From a virus (lineage: Duplodnaviria; Caudoviricetes), in IMG/VR virus record IMGVR_UViG_3300049141_000098, positions 195,647-259,646 of that record: a stretch of 64,000 bases of DNA, one strand, 5' to 3'. Numbering within the stretch: position 1 is the first letter of the stretch; each line of letters starts with the position of its first letter. A program made the position numbers and the translations under genes. Positions 53,726 to 64,000 of this stretch are shown one piece after another. Under the pieces are notes generated by a model that was not told where the DNA came from, searched no databases, and saw only the letters and a program-made list of their open reading frames with translations.

Positions 53726-55450
53726 ATGAAGATGCCGAGGTCCCTCGAAGAGATGTCACTCACGGAAATCCAGACTTTCGTGAGCAACCTCGAAGCCCAC
53801 AACGAGGAACTGGTTGGTCTGGTCTCCGAGGAGATGCGGGAGGCCGGAGAGTTCGGCCGTGCGCAGCTCGCTCTGGAGGACATCGGCTGGCGTCCCCTGA
53901 TGGGTATGGCAGAAAACGCCAACTCGTTCACGCTGGACGCCCTGCACCACGCGAGTGACTTGTGCCGGGCCGTCGCTACGGTCAATCCCCTAGTCGGCCG
54001 TGGCCTTCGTGTACGCACCGGCTACATCTGGGGCTCTGGTGTGTCGGTTGTCCCCAAGGAGTTCATCCAGGGACCGGGTCGGCCCAGGACGGTGAACGTC
54101 GAGCCAGAGCTTCCCGAGGGTATCGAGGAAGTACTGACCGGACCTCTCGCCCAGCTTGAGCTGGAGCGAAGTTCGGGAACCGACGGCAACCTCTTCTTCC
54201 TTGTCGACCGCCGGACGAAGGAAGTGCAACGCGTCCCTTTCGAGGAGATAACCGAGGGGGTTTCTCAGCGCGGCAACCGGGAGCGGCTGATGTACATACG
54301 CCGCACCTGGAACGACTGGGATCTCGAACTCGACTTCGGCAACGACATCGAGCTGAGTCCCATCACCGCACCAAAGGCTGCCGCGCGAGGCCGGAGCTGG
54401 ATGCGCGCAGACCGCGAAGGAGACTCGGGCGGGGCCGCGAAGTTCTCCTTCCGGGATTGCTGGTATCCGACGCCCGCCGGACTGCGGACCATGGGACGCA
54501 ATCGCGGAGCCGCGAACATCGCAGGGGATCCGGTCGACAACACAAAGGTGCTCGTGCACGTCCCCTTCAACCGGCTGACCGGCTGGCGCTGGGGCATCCC
54601 TGACGTGCTGCCTGCCGTTTGGTGGACCAAGGCATACAAGGAGTACCTGGAAAACTGCTCAACGCTCACGAAGGCCTACGCGCGCTTCGCCTGGAAAGTC
54701 ACCTCCGACAAGTCCCGGTCGGTACGACGCACTGCCGCCGCCATCGCCCAGAGCCCGCGCCTCGATCCCGCCACTGGAGCGCCTCTGAACGTGGGCGGTT
54801 CAGCAGTGCTGGGTGCGGGGCAGGATCTGTCGTCCGTGGGCGGCAACACCAAGGTCGACTTCGACTCCGGCAGGCCGCTGGCCGCCATGATTGCTTCAGC
54901 CCTGGATGTTCCCCTTCCAGCCCTGCTGGAGGATCCCTCTATTGCGAACAACGCGGCGGCCACCTCCCTGGACACCTCGACGATCCTGGTGATGCAGGCT
55001 CGTCAGAAGGTCATGGACGAAACATTCCGCCAGATCTTCAAAGTGCTGGGCCTGAAGGTGAGGTTGCGCTGGCCGGAGATCTCCGAAGAGCCCGTCCATC
55101 GCCGCATGCAGGCGCTCGATATGGCAATTCGACTGGGACTGGTGTCAGCAGACGAAGCACGCGCTATGGTTCTCGACGCCTGGCATGACAAGTGGGAAGA
55201 CTTCGAGCGCAGGGCGCCGATGATTGACAAACTTCCTCTTGTGGCGGGCGGAACAGCCCAGGGGACTCAAGAGCCTCCATCGTCGGCAAATCCCGGAAAA
55301 CCCTCCACTAATTCCGGCGAAACTGGCACCGATGGCACGGGCGGGCCAGGCGCCCCTGCCCCTTTGAAGTCCGGAAACTCCCGCTCAAACGCCGCCCCGA
55401 AGCAACCGGATCCGATGTCCTACGCAGACCACGAACTGCGGGATGAATAA
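53726..55450 (+). CDS. portal protein
   Basis: 574 aa between TerL and protease; DGNLF, RWGIPDV motifs. Confidence 0.85.
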   Translation: MKMPRSLEEMSLTEIQTFVSNLEAHNEELVGLVSEEMREAGEFGRAQLALEDIGWRPLMGMAENANSFTLDALHHASDLCRAVATVNPLVGRGLRVRTGYIWGSGVSVVPKEFIQGPGRPRTVNVEPELPEGIEEVLTGPLAQLELERSSGTDGNLFFLVDRRTKEVQRVPFEEITEGVSQRGNRERLMYIRRTWNDWDLELDFGNDIELSPITAPKAAARGRSWMRADREGDSGGAAKFSFRDCWYPTPAGLRTMGRNRGAANIAGDPVDNTKVLVHVPFNRLTGWRWGIPDVLPAVWWTKAYKEYLENCSTLTKAYARFAWKVTSDKSRSVRRTAAAIAQSPRLDPATGAPLNVGGSAVLGAGQDLSSVGGNTKVDFDSGRPLAAMIASALDVPLPALLEDPSIANNAAATSLDTSTILVMQARQKVMDETFRQIFKVLGLKVRLRWPEISEEPVHRRMQALDMAIRLGLVSADEARAMVLDAWHDKWEDFERRAPMIDKLPLVAGGTAQGTQEPPSSANPGKPSTNSGETGTDGTGGPGAPAPLKSGNSRSNAAPKQPDPMSYADHELRDE

Positions 55451-55528
55451 AATTGTTCTCTTCCCGTTGGGACTTTTAGCCACCAGTGCTATTAGTGTGT
55501 GCCTCGTCGTTGATCAGCGAGGGGGCGT

Positions 55529-56617
55529 ATGAACCAGGAAACGTTGCGGGAGTCCGCGACCCTTATGCCGGACCCCTCGTCCGGCAAAGGTATCTGGCGC
55601 GTATGTCTCATCGAGGCCGACATCCAGGGCAGCAGCGGTTACTACCCAGCTGAGGTTCTGGTGCGTGACGGGGCCACTGCCTTTCCTTCTGGAACGCATA
55701 TCTACTTCGACCACCCCACGGGGACCGAAGAGATGGAGCGCCCCGAGCGCAGCGTTCGAGACCTGGCTGGCTACCTGCTTGACGACGCGGCATTCGAAGA
55801 CGGCAAGGACGGCCGGGGTCTGTTCTCCCGGGTCCAGTTCACCGAGAACGCCAAGTCCCTGGTACAGGAACTCAAAAACGTCATCGGCTTGTCGATCCGT
55901 GCCGCTGGCCAGATCGAAGAGACCCCGGCGGGGCGAATAGTTCGCCGAATATCCGAGGGTCTTTCCGTTGACCTCGTCACCCGCGCTGGAGCGGGAGGAA
56001 GGCTCGTCACTATGACTGAGTCGGCCGTGCCGGAGTCCCCTCCGGCCGTCGAGCAGCCCACAGCGTCGCCCACCACGGCAGTCGCTCCCACCACCATCCC
56101 CTCCACCCTCGGATCGGGTGACCTGCGCAACGAGGTCGCCGCCCTCAAGGAGAGCGTCAAGGAGAACCTCGACCAGGTTTCGGTCGATGTGGCTCGCATG
56201 GCGCAGGCGCTCCGTGAGGCGCAGAGCGAGGCCGCGAGGCAGGCCCGCGAGAATCAGAAGCTCGCCGAGGCCATCACGTACCTGCGCGACCGAGCCGAGG
56301 TCGCCGACAAGGCGCTCAAGGAATCCAAGAGCACTGGTGACGTTCTCACCGAGCTGCTCGAAGCGAAGCTCCCCCTTCCTTCGATGATCCGTCTCGCGCA
56401 GTCCTACCGTCCGGACCAGGACCTGCACGAGTCGATCACCCACGAGCGTGAGTACCTCAAGAAGCTGCTGCGCGAGACCGAGCGGACCAGCCTGGAGCAC
56501 CGCGAGCCGTCGAACCTCGGCCTGACCGAGTCGACCTCGTCATACACCAGTCCGTCCGGGACGTCCGACAGCGACCTCGCCGAAATCCGTGACCTGCTGA
56601 AGGGGAGCGCGTACTGA
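55529..56617 (+). CDS. capsid maturation protease-scaffold fusion
   Basis: GYYPAEVL, YFDHP, GLSI protease half; coiled-coil C-terminal half. Confidence 0.8.
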   Translation: MNQETLRESATLMPDPSSGKGIWRVCLIEADIQGSSGYYPAEVLVRDGATAFPSGTHIYFDHPTGTEEMERPERSVRDLAGYLLDDAAFEDGKDGRGLFSRVQFTENAKSLVQELKNVIGLSIRAAGQIEETPAGRIVRRISEGLSVDLVTRAGAGGRLVTMTESAVPESPPAVEQPTASPTTAVAPTTIPSTLGSGDLRNEVAALKESVKENLDQVSVDVARMAQALREAQSEAARQARENQKLAEAITYLRDRAEVADKALKESKSTGDVLTELLEAKLPLPSMIRLAQSYRPDQDLHESITHEREYLKKLLRETERTSLEHREPSNLGLTESTSSYTSPSGTSDSDLAEIRDLLKGSAY

Positions 56618-57102
56618 TGGCCACCAACGAGGTCTTCAAGTACGGGCAGTGGATTTCCCTTCCGCTGCCTCTGCGTGGAAACGACCCGTCGAAGAACGAC
56701 GACCCGACGCTGGCTGGTGACCCGGTCAAGATCGGTTCCATCGTGGGCTTCGCGCAGGAGGTCGGCGGCAAGCCCGTCACCTACACGACCGGCATGATGA
56801 CGGTCACCGCAACCCGGAACACGGCGAACTCGCTGAACCCGGGCTGGGCCTCGGTTGCCCTGGTGGGCGCCTTCGCCTTCCCGGTCACCGGCTGGGACGC
56901 GGAAACCATGGGCTCCGGCACGCCGGTCTACATCGTGGCGGCCAACGGCTCCAACCGCGCCACCCTCACCACGGCGTCGAACTCCGACCCGTTCGGTGTG
57001 ATCGTCGGTCAGACGACCAACGGCACTCCCATCGTCAATGTCGTTCAGCCCGTTCCGGGCGACGCCAACGCGGTCCCCGACAAGGCCGCCACCGGATCCT
57101 GA
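56617..57102 (+). CDS. capsid decoration/cement protein
   Basis: TGATG coupling; AGDPVKIGSIVGFA; G..VY..A pattern; precedes the capsid gene. Confidence 0.7.
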   Translation: MATNEVFKYGQWISLPLPLRGNDPSKNDDPTLAGDPVKIGSIVGFAQEVGGKPVTYTTGMMTVTATRNTANSLNPGWASVALVGAFAFPVTGWDAETMGSGTPVYIVAANGSNRATLTTASNSDPFGVIVGQTTNGTPIVNVVQPVPGDANAVPDKAATGS

Positions 57103-57119
57103 AAGGAGGCTCCTGAGAC

Positions 57120-58502
57120 ATGAACACCCTGAACCTCCTCGACGGAATCAAGGCCACCTCGAACCCTCAGTTCGAGCGGATCGCCGAGGCTCACAAGCAG
57201 CGTCGCGCCGCCATCCGTGAGGGCGCGGATGCGCGTCTGCTCAAGATGAACCGCGCCGTCGAGTTCCTGCGCCTCAAGCGCGAGGCGGAAGTCGGCTCGC
57301 CCGTTGCGATGGGCCGTCTGCGCGAGGCCGTGTCCAGCGGCGACTTCCCGCTGCTGTTCCAGTCGATCAGCCAGGCGTCGATGCTCGGTCAGTACGCCGA
57401 ACTGCCGCAGCAGTGGCCGACGTTCTCCGTGCGGACCACGGTTCCGGACTTCCGTCCGGCGCGCATGGTCCGCTGGGACACGGTGGCCGGTCAGAGCCAG
57501 ACGACCGACTACAACGGCGGCGCCGAGCGTCATGTCCGGGCGCTGCCCCGGATCCCGGAGCTGACCGAGTACCCGACGTTCAACCTGACGACGGAGGGTA
57601 CGGACTACTTCGTCAACAAGTACGGAGCCAGGTTCCCCTTCTCGTGGGAAGCCTTCATGAACGACGAGCTGCGGGTTCTCTCGCAGCTCCCCACCGAGAT
57701 GGCACGGTGGGCCCGTGACACCGAGGACGTCCTGACCACGGGCGTGCTGGCCACCTCCAGCGGTCCGAACCCGGACTTCTTCAACACCACGGAGAACTTC
57801 GGCGCCAACGCTCCGGTGGGCAACTACGTCGAGGGCAACCCGGCGCTGACCCTGGACGCCCTGGAGCACGCGATCAACCAGATCAGCATGCGCACCGTGG
57901 CGGGCCGCCAGGTCCGAGTGCAGAACTTCGTTCTGCTCGTCCCGCCGTCTCTCGCGCTCACCGCGCAGGAGATCGCGCAGGGCACCACGTACCTCAAGGT
58001 GCGCCAGCTCCCCGACGGCACGGAGATGCGTCAGAACATCTCCTCGCCGGTCGCGGGCCGCTTCACGGTCGTGGAGTCCCCGTGGCTGCCGCTCATCGAC
58101 TCGTCGGCCACCGCTCCGACGACCTGGTACCTGATCCCGGCCGGTGGGCAGACCGATCGTGGTCCGGCGATCGTGACCGCATTCCTGCGTGGCCACGAGA
58201 CCCCCGAGGTCCGAGTCATGGGCGACACGGGCCGGGCACTCGGCGGCGGCGACCTCTCCGCCTTCGAGGGTTCGTTCTCCCACGACGACATCCAGTACCG
58301 CGTTCGCTCGATCATCGGCGCCGCCGGTATCGACGCGTCGGCGGTCGCGGTGTCGCTGGGCAACGGCGTGGACAACAACCTGCGGATGGCCTCCATCACC
58401 AGCGGTCCCTCGGTGACGGGTCCCTCCTCGGCGCCCACCGCCACCGCTTCGGACACGAAGCAGTCCAGCACCACCAAGGGCAGCAACCCGAAGAGCTCCT
58501 GA
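57120..58502 (+). CDS. major capsid protein
   Basis: GAAAGGAGG RBS; strong codon bias; DFPLLF, VPDFRP, YGARF..SWE.F.ND motifs. Confidence 0.9.
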   Translation: MNTLNLLDGIKATSNPQFERIAEAHKQRRAAIREGADARLLKMNRAVEFLRLKREAEVGSPVAMGRLREAVSSGDFPLLFQSISQASMLGQYAELPQQWPTFSVRTTVPDFRPARMVRWDTVAGQSQTTDYNGGAERHVRALPRIPELTEYPTFNLTTEGTDYFVNKYGARFPFSWEAFMNDELRVLSQLPTEMARWARDTEDVLTTGVLATSSGPNPDFFNTTENFGANAPVGNYVEGNPALTLDALEHAINQISMRTVAGRQVRVQNFVLLVPPSLALTAQEIAQGTTYLKVRQLPDGTEMRQNISSPVAGRFTVVESPWLPLIDSSATAPTTWYLIPAGGQTDRGPAIVTAFLRGHETPEVRVMGDTGRALGGGDLSAFEGSFSHDDIQYRVRSIIGAAGIDASAVAVSLGNGVDNNLRMASITSGPSVTGPSSAPTATASDTKQSSTTKGSNPKSS

Positions 58503-58581
58503 CTCTGGGGTAAAGGCCGGGCGGCGGGTGACCCGGGAAGATCCCGACCGCCCCTGCCCGGTCTCCGTCCCTGCCGGGCAA

Positions 58582-58618
58582 CAGCAAGGCCCCCCAGTTC
58601 GCCTGGGGGGCCTTGCTG
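58582..58618. terminator. strong hairpin terminator after the capsid gene
   Basis: 16-bp perfect stem CAGCAAGGCCCCCCAG/CTGGGGGGCCTTGCTG. Confidence 0.75.
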
Positions 58619-59094
58619 CGCTTCTCACTCTGAGCTTCTGGCCGGAGCGCGGGAGCGAGAAGCCGACTTCCGATACTGCGCAACCGGGCGACCGATCCGA
58701 CGCTCAGGATGCCAGATCAACTGCGCCCCGTCTGGTTGTTGGCGACGAACGACCGCGTGCTGTACATTCGAGGTATGGCGGTGGACTCACCCTCCCCGCC
58801 TGTGGAAGAACCGTCCCCGTGTGAACCCTTTCGAGGGAGAATTCGGTCACGTTTCTTCTCCTTTCCGAAGGAGCCCCCGCCCCGGCGGGGGCTCTACGGT
58901 TTTCTGGGCTCATCACACAGCGATGACGCTCCCCGTACAGGAGCAGCAATAGAACCCCTGGTCGAGGACTGAACAAAGCCGATCGCCATGGGCAGGGTGC
59001 GGGCAGTTGGAGCAGGTCGACACCTTTTCGTCACGGCCCTCCGCCACCTCAGGCTCCTGGCCCCTCATGTACTTCCCCTCATGTAACTTCACCC

Positions 59095-59460
59095 TCAGCC
59101 GTACCGCAGGGCTTCCGGCAGCAGCTCCGTCACCTCATTGACATGGATCAATCCGTCGCGCTCCGGGTTGCGGCAGAGGGCGGCGATGTCGGCGAGAGCT
59201 GACCAGGAGGTCATCGCTCGTTGCCGCAGTTCGTGCAGGTTGTCCTCGTGCAGATTCATGGCGCACTGGTGACCGGCCTCAGCCGCATTGAGCAGAACCC
59301 CCAGGCTCTGAATGCGTCGCTCTTCGTCGAGATCGTGCAACCTCTTCAGGTACTGCCCCGGTGTCGGGATGGTGCTCTCAACCCACCCCCCTTCCTCCCC
59401 TGCGCGCAGCTCGTCGATCTCGCTGCGGAGGCTGTGGGGCGTCTTCTCATCCTCGGGCAC
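59095..59460 (-). CDS. hypothetical protein
   Basis: TAGTG overlap; GAGGAAGAGG RBS. Confidence 0.65.
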   Translation of the reverse strand: MPEDEKTPHSLRSEIDELRAGEEGGWVESTIPTPGQYLKRLHDLDEERRIQSLGVLLNAAEAGHQCAMNLHEDNLHELRQRAMTSWSALADIAALCRNPERDGLIHVNEVTELLPEALRYG

Positions 59461-59855
59461 TATGCCTCTTCCTCTTGATTCAGGTCGCCCAAGCTGGCGA
59501 CCAGCGTCTTCCACTCACCATCAATGCGCGCCTGCTCGATCCACACCTCGGAAAGCCGCCCACCCGTGCAGCGCGCTTCGTCATGCCACAGGCTGGTGTC
59601 ATCGAAGCGCAGACAGCAGGGGTCCAGCGGAGACTGCCGGATCCCCAGCTTTGTGCGCCGCCACCATTCGGCCTCTTCTTCCAGTCGGCGTGCCCTTCTG
59701 CGCTGAGCGCGGGCACACCACAAGGAAGCGACAGCCATGTGGCAGGCGATGAGAACGCCGGGCCAGTAGGGGGTAGCGGCGAACCATGTCGCGGAAGCAA
59801 CGAACAGCGTGCCCGCCGCCAGCAAGATGCGCGTGTTCCTCTGGTGCGGGTTCAC
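59460..59855 (-). CDS. two-TM membrane protein
   Basis: GGGGGAGGGG RBS; two hydrophobic segments. Confidence 0.65.
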   Translation of the reverse strand: MNPHQRNTRILLAAGTLFVASATWFAATPYWPGVLIACHMAVASLWCARAQRRRARRLEEEAEWWRRTKLGIRQSPLDPCCLRFDDTSLWHDEARCTGGRLSEVWIEQARIDGEWKTLVASLGDLNQEEEA

Positions 59856-60282
59856 AACCCCTCCCCCGTTGACGCGTGCGACGACCGAAGCGGATACGTC
59901 GGTTGCCGGGCCCGACATAGACGAGTGTCGCAGGACAGCACACAAAAGGGGAACCTGTTGCCACTGAAAGATGTGAGCCGGACACAGTAAATCTGCATCC
60001 GGCTCAACTGTTGAGATCGCAGTCACCCCAAGCGGCCCACGCCCCTTAAGGAGGTGACCTCTGTCTTTTCGAGGTGCTCCACAACCTTAATTGCGCCATC
60101 CCACAGGAATCATTTTCCAGAAAAGACCACAGGCGCCGCAGGTATAACCTGCGGCGCCTGTGGTCGTCATGAGTGTCGCGGCACAATCGAGGATCAAGCC
60201 TTTCGCAGACAACCTCGGCAGTGGCCCCACGCCAGAAAGATCGCTGCGGCAGAGGCGACAAGCCGCCCCACCCCCAGATCTG

Positions 60283-60534
60283 TCACGTCTGTGCCTCCTT
60301 GCGCCCCAAAGCAGTGAGGAGTATCCGGTGCATCTCATCATTGACTTGAGTGATGCGAATCTCGTGGGGCTCGGACATCGGCTCATCACCGAAACATGAA
60401 CGGTTCACCCGAGCCCCGCAGGTGCCGCAGATGACGCCAAGGCCACGGGAGTCCATCAAGCGGAGTACTTCGCGCAGAGCGGTGCGGAGTTGGTCGATCT
60501 GGGCGGTCAGCGCTATCTCATTGCTCTTGTTCAC
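60283..60534 (-). CDS. hypothetical protein with CxxC
   Basis: Track ORF. Confidence 0.6.
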   Translation of the reverse strand: MNKSNEIALTAQIDQLRTALREVLRLMDSRGLGVICGTCGARVNRSCFGDEPMSEPHEIRITQVNDEMHRILLTALGRKEAQT

Positions 60535-60780
60535 CCGTGCTCACTCCAGCGGTTCTGTTGTGTCTTACTCGGGGGTCGTCGGCTGGACCCCAACGCCAGC
60601 ACCGCAGGTCCGCAAGGACGGCGAAGTCTGCGATGTACCGGCATGGGCCACCGGCCTCAAGACCGACAACTCCACGCCGAGGTGATGAGCGTGCGGGCTC
60701 ACCTGTCATCCCGCTTCTCCCCGTCGAGCGAGAGGAGGAAGCTCTCTTCTAGAAGGCGGCTTGCGGATGTTTTCGGCTCA

Positions 60781-61056
60781 CTATGACCCCCCGAGTTGAG
60801 TCAGATGGGCTTCGACCTCACCCAGTGGGCAGCCGCCCTCCTCCTGACAGGACTCTTCGTCGCGAACCGCCATGAGGAACCGCAGGTCTCGCTTGCCCCC
60901 TGCGAACGAAAGGTTCCCCCTGGCGTCCCGGGCCACGATCCAGTCCGGACCGACCGCCTCGACCTTCGTGCAGTTGTAGTGATCCCGGCCAAACGCACCA
61001 CGGGCAAAACCATGGAACACGTCACCCGGGGACAGTGGCCTTCTCGGCTGAGTCAC
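60781..61056 (-). CDS. hypothetical protein
   Basis: GGAGAGG RBS. Confidence 0.65.
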   Translation of the reverse strand: MTQPRRPLSPGDVFHGFARGAFGRDHYNCTKVEAVGPDWIVARDARGNLSFAGGKRDLRFLMAVRDEESCQEEGGCPLGEVEAHLTQLGGS

Positions 61057-61076
61057 GTCCCCTCTCCTTTCCTCTT

Positions 61077-61394
61077 TCATCGGATGCCTCCGTTGCGCAG
61101 GCGAGACCGCCTATCCATCAGTGCGGTCATGGCTTTCTGCCGCCCCGCCCTTGTGAGCTGATACAGCTTGCGGGGCGGTCGCCCGGGGTGGTCGCCGTCC
61201 TCATCCTGCGTGGACACCCAGTTTCGCTCGTAAAGCCTGGCCAGGATGGGGTAGACCGTTCCAGGGTCGAGGTCTGCGCTGCGGCAGATCTCAAGGCCCC
61301 AGACTGGCTCTCCGTCCACTCTGACGAGCAGCTTCTCCAAGACGAGGATCGTTGCCCTCGTAAGGCGTACGTCCTGAACCTCTGGGGTGTTCAT
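61077..61394 (-). CDS. PadR-family transcriptional regulator
   Basis: WGLEIC...GTVYPILARL...WV...PPRKLYQLT. Confidence 0.85.
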   Translation of the reverse strand: MNTPEVQDVRLTRATILVLEKLLVRVDGEPVWGLEICRSADLDPGTVYPILARLYERNWVSTQDEDGDHPGRPPRKLYQLTRAGRQKAMTALMDRRSRLRNGGIR

Positions 61395-61885
61395 TCGAAG
61401 GCCTCGAAAACTGCTCGCAGCCCCCCGGAGGCACCCCGCTGCCCAGCCGCCTTGAGGTCTGTTCCAAGGCGGTGTTGATGTTGGCGTCCAGCCAGGCTGC
61501 TCACTTCCCCCACGGCAAGCATCCTGGGGCACGTCACCCTCTTGGTCACGTTCCTTCTCCGATCCGTTGCAGAGGAACCGTCGGTCAGTCGGTCCTCTGT
61601 CCATGGAAGCAACTTAGTTCTTCCATTTCCGGCATTCGGGGGACTGCACACCCCCAAGATCTGCACCTGCCCGGACCGATGTGACTCCTGAGCCCACTGC
61701 TTCGGAACCACATCGTCCGGCAGGCTGGCGCATCAACAAGGAGGGAAAGGCCTTTCCGTGCCCTCCACAGCCTCTCCACTGAATCCGACGAAGCCGGACG
61801 GCGTGGAGAATACCCCACGGTTCAGGATGAACTCACTGTTGTAACAAGGATGTTCAACACATTGGAAGATGCATTGGCCAACGGT

Positions 61886-62449
61886 TTACTGCATCTCGAT
61901 GACTCGTCCCACGTCAGACGCGGTGAGCCGGGACCCGTCGGTCGCTTCCCAGGTGAGCTGTGACGTTTTGGATCCTGCACCGGCGTTGCTCGCCTTCGGG
62001 TACAGCACCTTCACGAGGACGGGAAGGTCGGGCTCGCTGCGGTACAAGGTGGCCCGCATGTGGAGCAGACCTTCCATCTTCAGCTCGTTGATCTGCTTGA
62101 AGATCGTCGTGACCCCGGCCTCCTTGCCTGCCGTCCCCGGATGCACTCTTTGCAAGCCATTCAACGTGACCGGAAAGAACTTGCCCCGCGAGCCTCTCTT
62201 CCGCGCCACGGCTGCAAGGATCACGTAGAGGCGGAAGGACCCATGCGAGAGGCCCGGTGTGCAGGCGACCGTCAGCAACTCGTCGGTCTCCGCTTCGGCG
62301 GCAGCGCGAACGGTGGAAACGGAGCTGCCTTTCGGGCGACCCCGTCTGGGGGCGGCCCTCTTGGCTGGCGACACTCCGGATTCAGACTCCACGCCCTCGT
62401 CACCTTGAGGGTTCTCCGTCATTGCCTCGTCACTCAGCGGCTCATCCAT
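61886..62449 (-). CDS. AT-hook plus winged-helix DNA-binding protein
   Basis: RRGRPKG AT-hook; LSHGSFRLYVIL...TTIFKQINELKMEGLL. Confidence 0.65.
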   Translation of the reverse strand: MDEPLSDEAMTENPQGDEGVESESGVSPAKRAAPRRGRPKGSSVSTVRAAAEAETDELLTVACTPGLSHGSFRLYVILAAVARKRGSRGKFFPVTLNGLQRVHPGTAGKEAGVTTIFKQINELKMEGLLHMRATLYRSEPDLPVLVKVLYPKASNAGAGSKTSQLTWEATDGSRLTASDVGRVIEMQ

Positions 62450-63226
62450 CTCAGCCTTCTCCTTTCCAGGGAGAACCGTACACCCTTTTACGGTCAACTC
62501 CGCAACCATATCCGGGACTTGACGAATCACGCCGTCTCTCATCACGTCCCTGGCAAGCACGAAGCCCTGTACGGCCGCCTGCGGGCCTGAGCCCCACCGG
62601 CGGGGGTCCGGCGTCCAGACTCGCGCTGCGCGCACCGTACAACGGCGCTCAGGCCCCTCCTTGCGGCACCCAAAGACTGCACTGCCCCCGACTCGCTTTT
62701 TGAGCGAAGCGACGTCCTCCTCCTGCCACCCTCCAGCCGCAGCGCGACGATCACAGCCGCCCCAACGGATCTTGCGCAGCGACGCTCACCCCTACTACCT
62801 GCACTTTGACTACTACGAGGAGGATCTTTTGTTATTAGGCGGGGTGGTTGCCCAGGTCAATCCTGATGCATCTCTGTTTTTTCCGAGAGTTGGCTGTCGT
62901 CCTGATGGTGTACAACTTGACATGAAACGGACATTGCATACCTACCCTTGCCACTGGTGAGCGCTGCTGTTGAGGGAAGTGTACGCAAGTCCACCGAAGG
63001 GGTACTTGACCTGCATGTTTATTGAACGTTCACCACATTTGCCTGCACTTCGATGAGCACATCATCTTGCTCAAGTCGCCGCTTCCCTGAAGGTTGATAC
63101 AGGTGAGCGGATCAAAAGCGTGCACACCTTCCCAGATTGTGACATTAGGTCAAATTCGGGCACTGAGCCCAAAATGGGTGAACTGCACGCTAGGTCATAC
63201 GTTCGTACACTGCGTAAAGTTGAGAC

Positions 63227-63415
63227 ATGCAACAAGCACGACGAACGACGTCTTCGCTGTCCCGCAAAGATGCCCTCCAGCAGCAAGAAGTCATGGCGCA
63301 GGTGCTCAAGGCCATGGGGCTCACCCGTCCACCTCATCGCATGTGCGCCGGACTGAGGCGGTACGGTCAGGGTTGGGCCGTCTATGTCGGACATCAGGAT
63401 TCAGATGAAGTCTGA
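63227..63415 (+). CDS. possible small protein
   Basis: Track ORF; start uncertain. Confidence 0.4.
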   Translation: MQQARRTTSSLSRKDALQQQEVMAQVLKAMGLTRPPHRMCAGLRRYGQGWAVYVGHQDSDEV

Positions 63416-63453
63416 GTAGGTCGCCGCAAAGAATCGAAGAGGGAGCGTGCAGA

Positions 63454-63945
63454 ATGGCTGCAATGGGGACCTCGGCCTCGATGGACGTGTGGCCGCCTGA
63501 TTTTTCCACGCCCATCGGGCGCATCCGTGCGCTCATTCCGGATGTGGAGATGGTCGATTACTCGGCTGAGGGGACGGCGCAGTATCTGTTTTCAGACGCC
63601 CACCTGGCCGGTCTCTACGCAATATCCGGCGGTCCTGAAGCAGCTCGCACTTATCGCGCCGCCGCCTCCGCCCTGCGAGCACTAGCCGTCTCCGAAGGGC
63701 TAATTCAGAAGGTCATTCGAACAGAAGACCTTCAAACCGACGGCGCAAAGCTGGCTTCAGCTTTGCTTGCTGGCGCCAAGCAACTGGATGACCGCGCCGA
63801 TGCTGCTGAGGATGAGGACGAGGCGATGATGATCGTCGACTTCCAACCTTTGCCGCAGGACGGATTCTCGTACACGCTGCACGGCTTTCCCTCCAGCGCA
63901 GTAGCGAATATCCCGAGCGGCCAAGGATTCCGGGGGTGGTTGTGA
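63454..63945 (+). CDS. probable head-to-tail adaptor
   Basis: PIGRIRALIPD...FSDAHL...AAASALRALA...LQTDGAKLA. Confidence 0.75.
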   Translation: MAAMGTSASMDVWPPDFSTPIGRIRALIPDVEMVDYSAEGTAQYLFSDAHLAGLYAISGGPEAARTYRAAASALRALAVSEGLIQKVIRTEDLQTDGAKLASALLAGAKQLDDRADAAEDEDEAMMIVDFQPLPQDGFSYTLHGFPSSAVANIPSGQGFRGWL

Positions 63946-64000
63946 CGCCAGGGTCCCTGTTGCGCCGCTGGAGTTCGCAACTGTTGGCACAGTGGCGCGG

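Noticed and set aside
57045-58628. 527-aa minus-strand ORF and similar long antisense ORFs over TerL, portal and left-arm genes
   Set aside because: Shadow ORFs caused by high-GC codon bias of the real gene on the other strand.

Overview
The whole window is bacteriophage DNA from a high-GC, probably Streptomyces-infecting siphovirus. No host genes, tail genes or core replication genes are visible, so the genome is larger than the window. Layout: (1) 1-15051 holds about 35 small leftward ORFs. Most start behind a shared extended ribosome-binding motif, and about 12 long imperfect intergenic hairpins punctuate them; G.U pairing polarity and conserved mismatch positions point to RNA processing sites. 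(2) 15180-18070 is a ~2.9 kb gene-poor block with a candidate large structured RNA, clustered TGACCTGC boxes and a purine-skewed tract. (3) 18074-46940 is an accessory/regulatory region: multi-HTH proteins, RAMA domain, GntR, XRE, HAD, ThyX, a tyrosine recombinase, a protealysin-like M4 protease and a lower-GC moron. (4) 46942-63945 is the packaging/head module: TerS, TerL with a class 3 intein, portal, protease-scaffold, decoration protein, major capsid protein and adaptor, interrupted by an opposite-strand cassette. A 10-bp palindrome GRCCTAGGYC occurs 9 times, 8 of them outside coding regions. All calls were made by eye without database searches; starts of hypothetical ORFs are best estimates from RBS position and stop/start overlaps.
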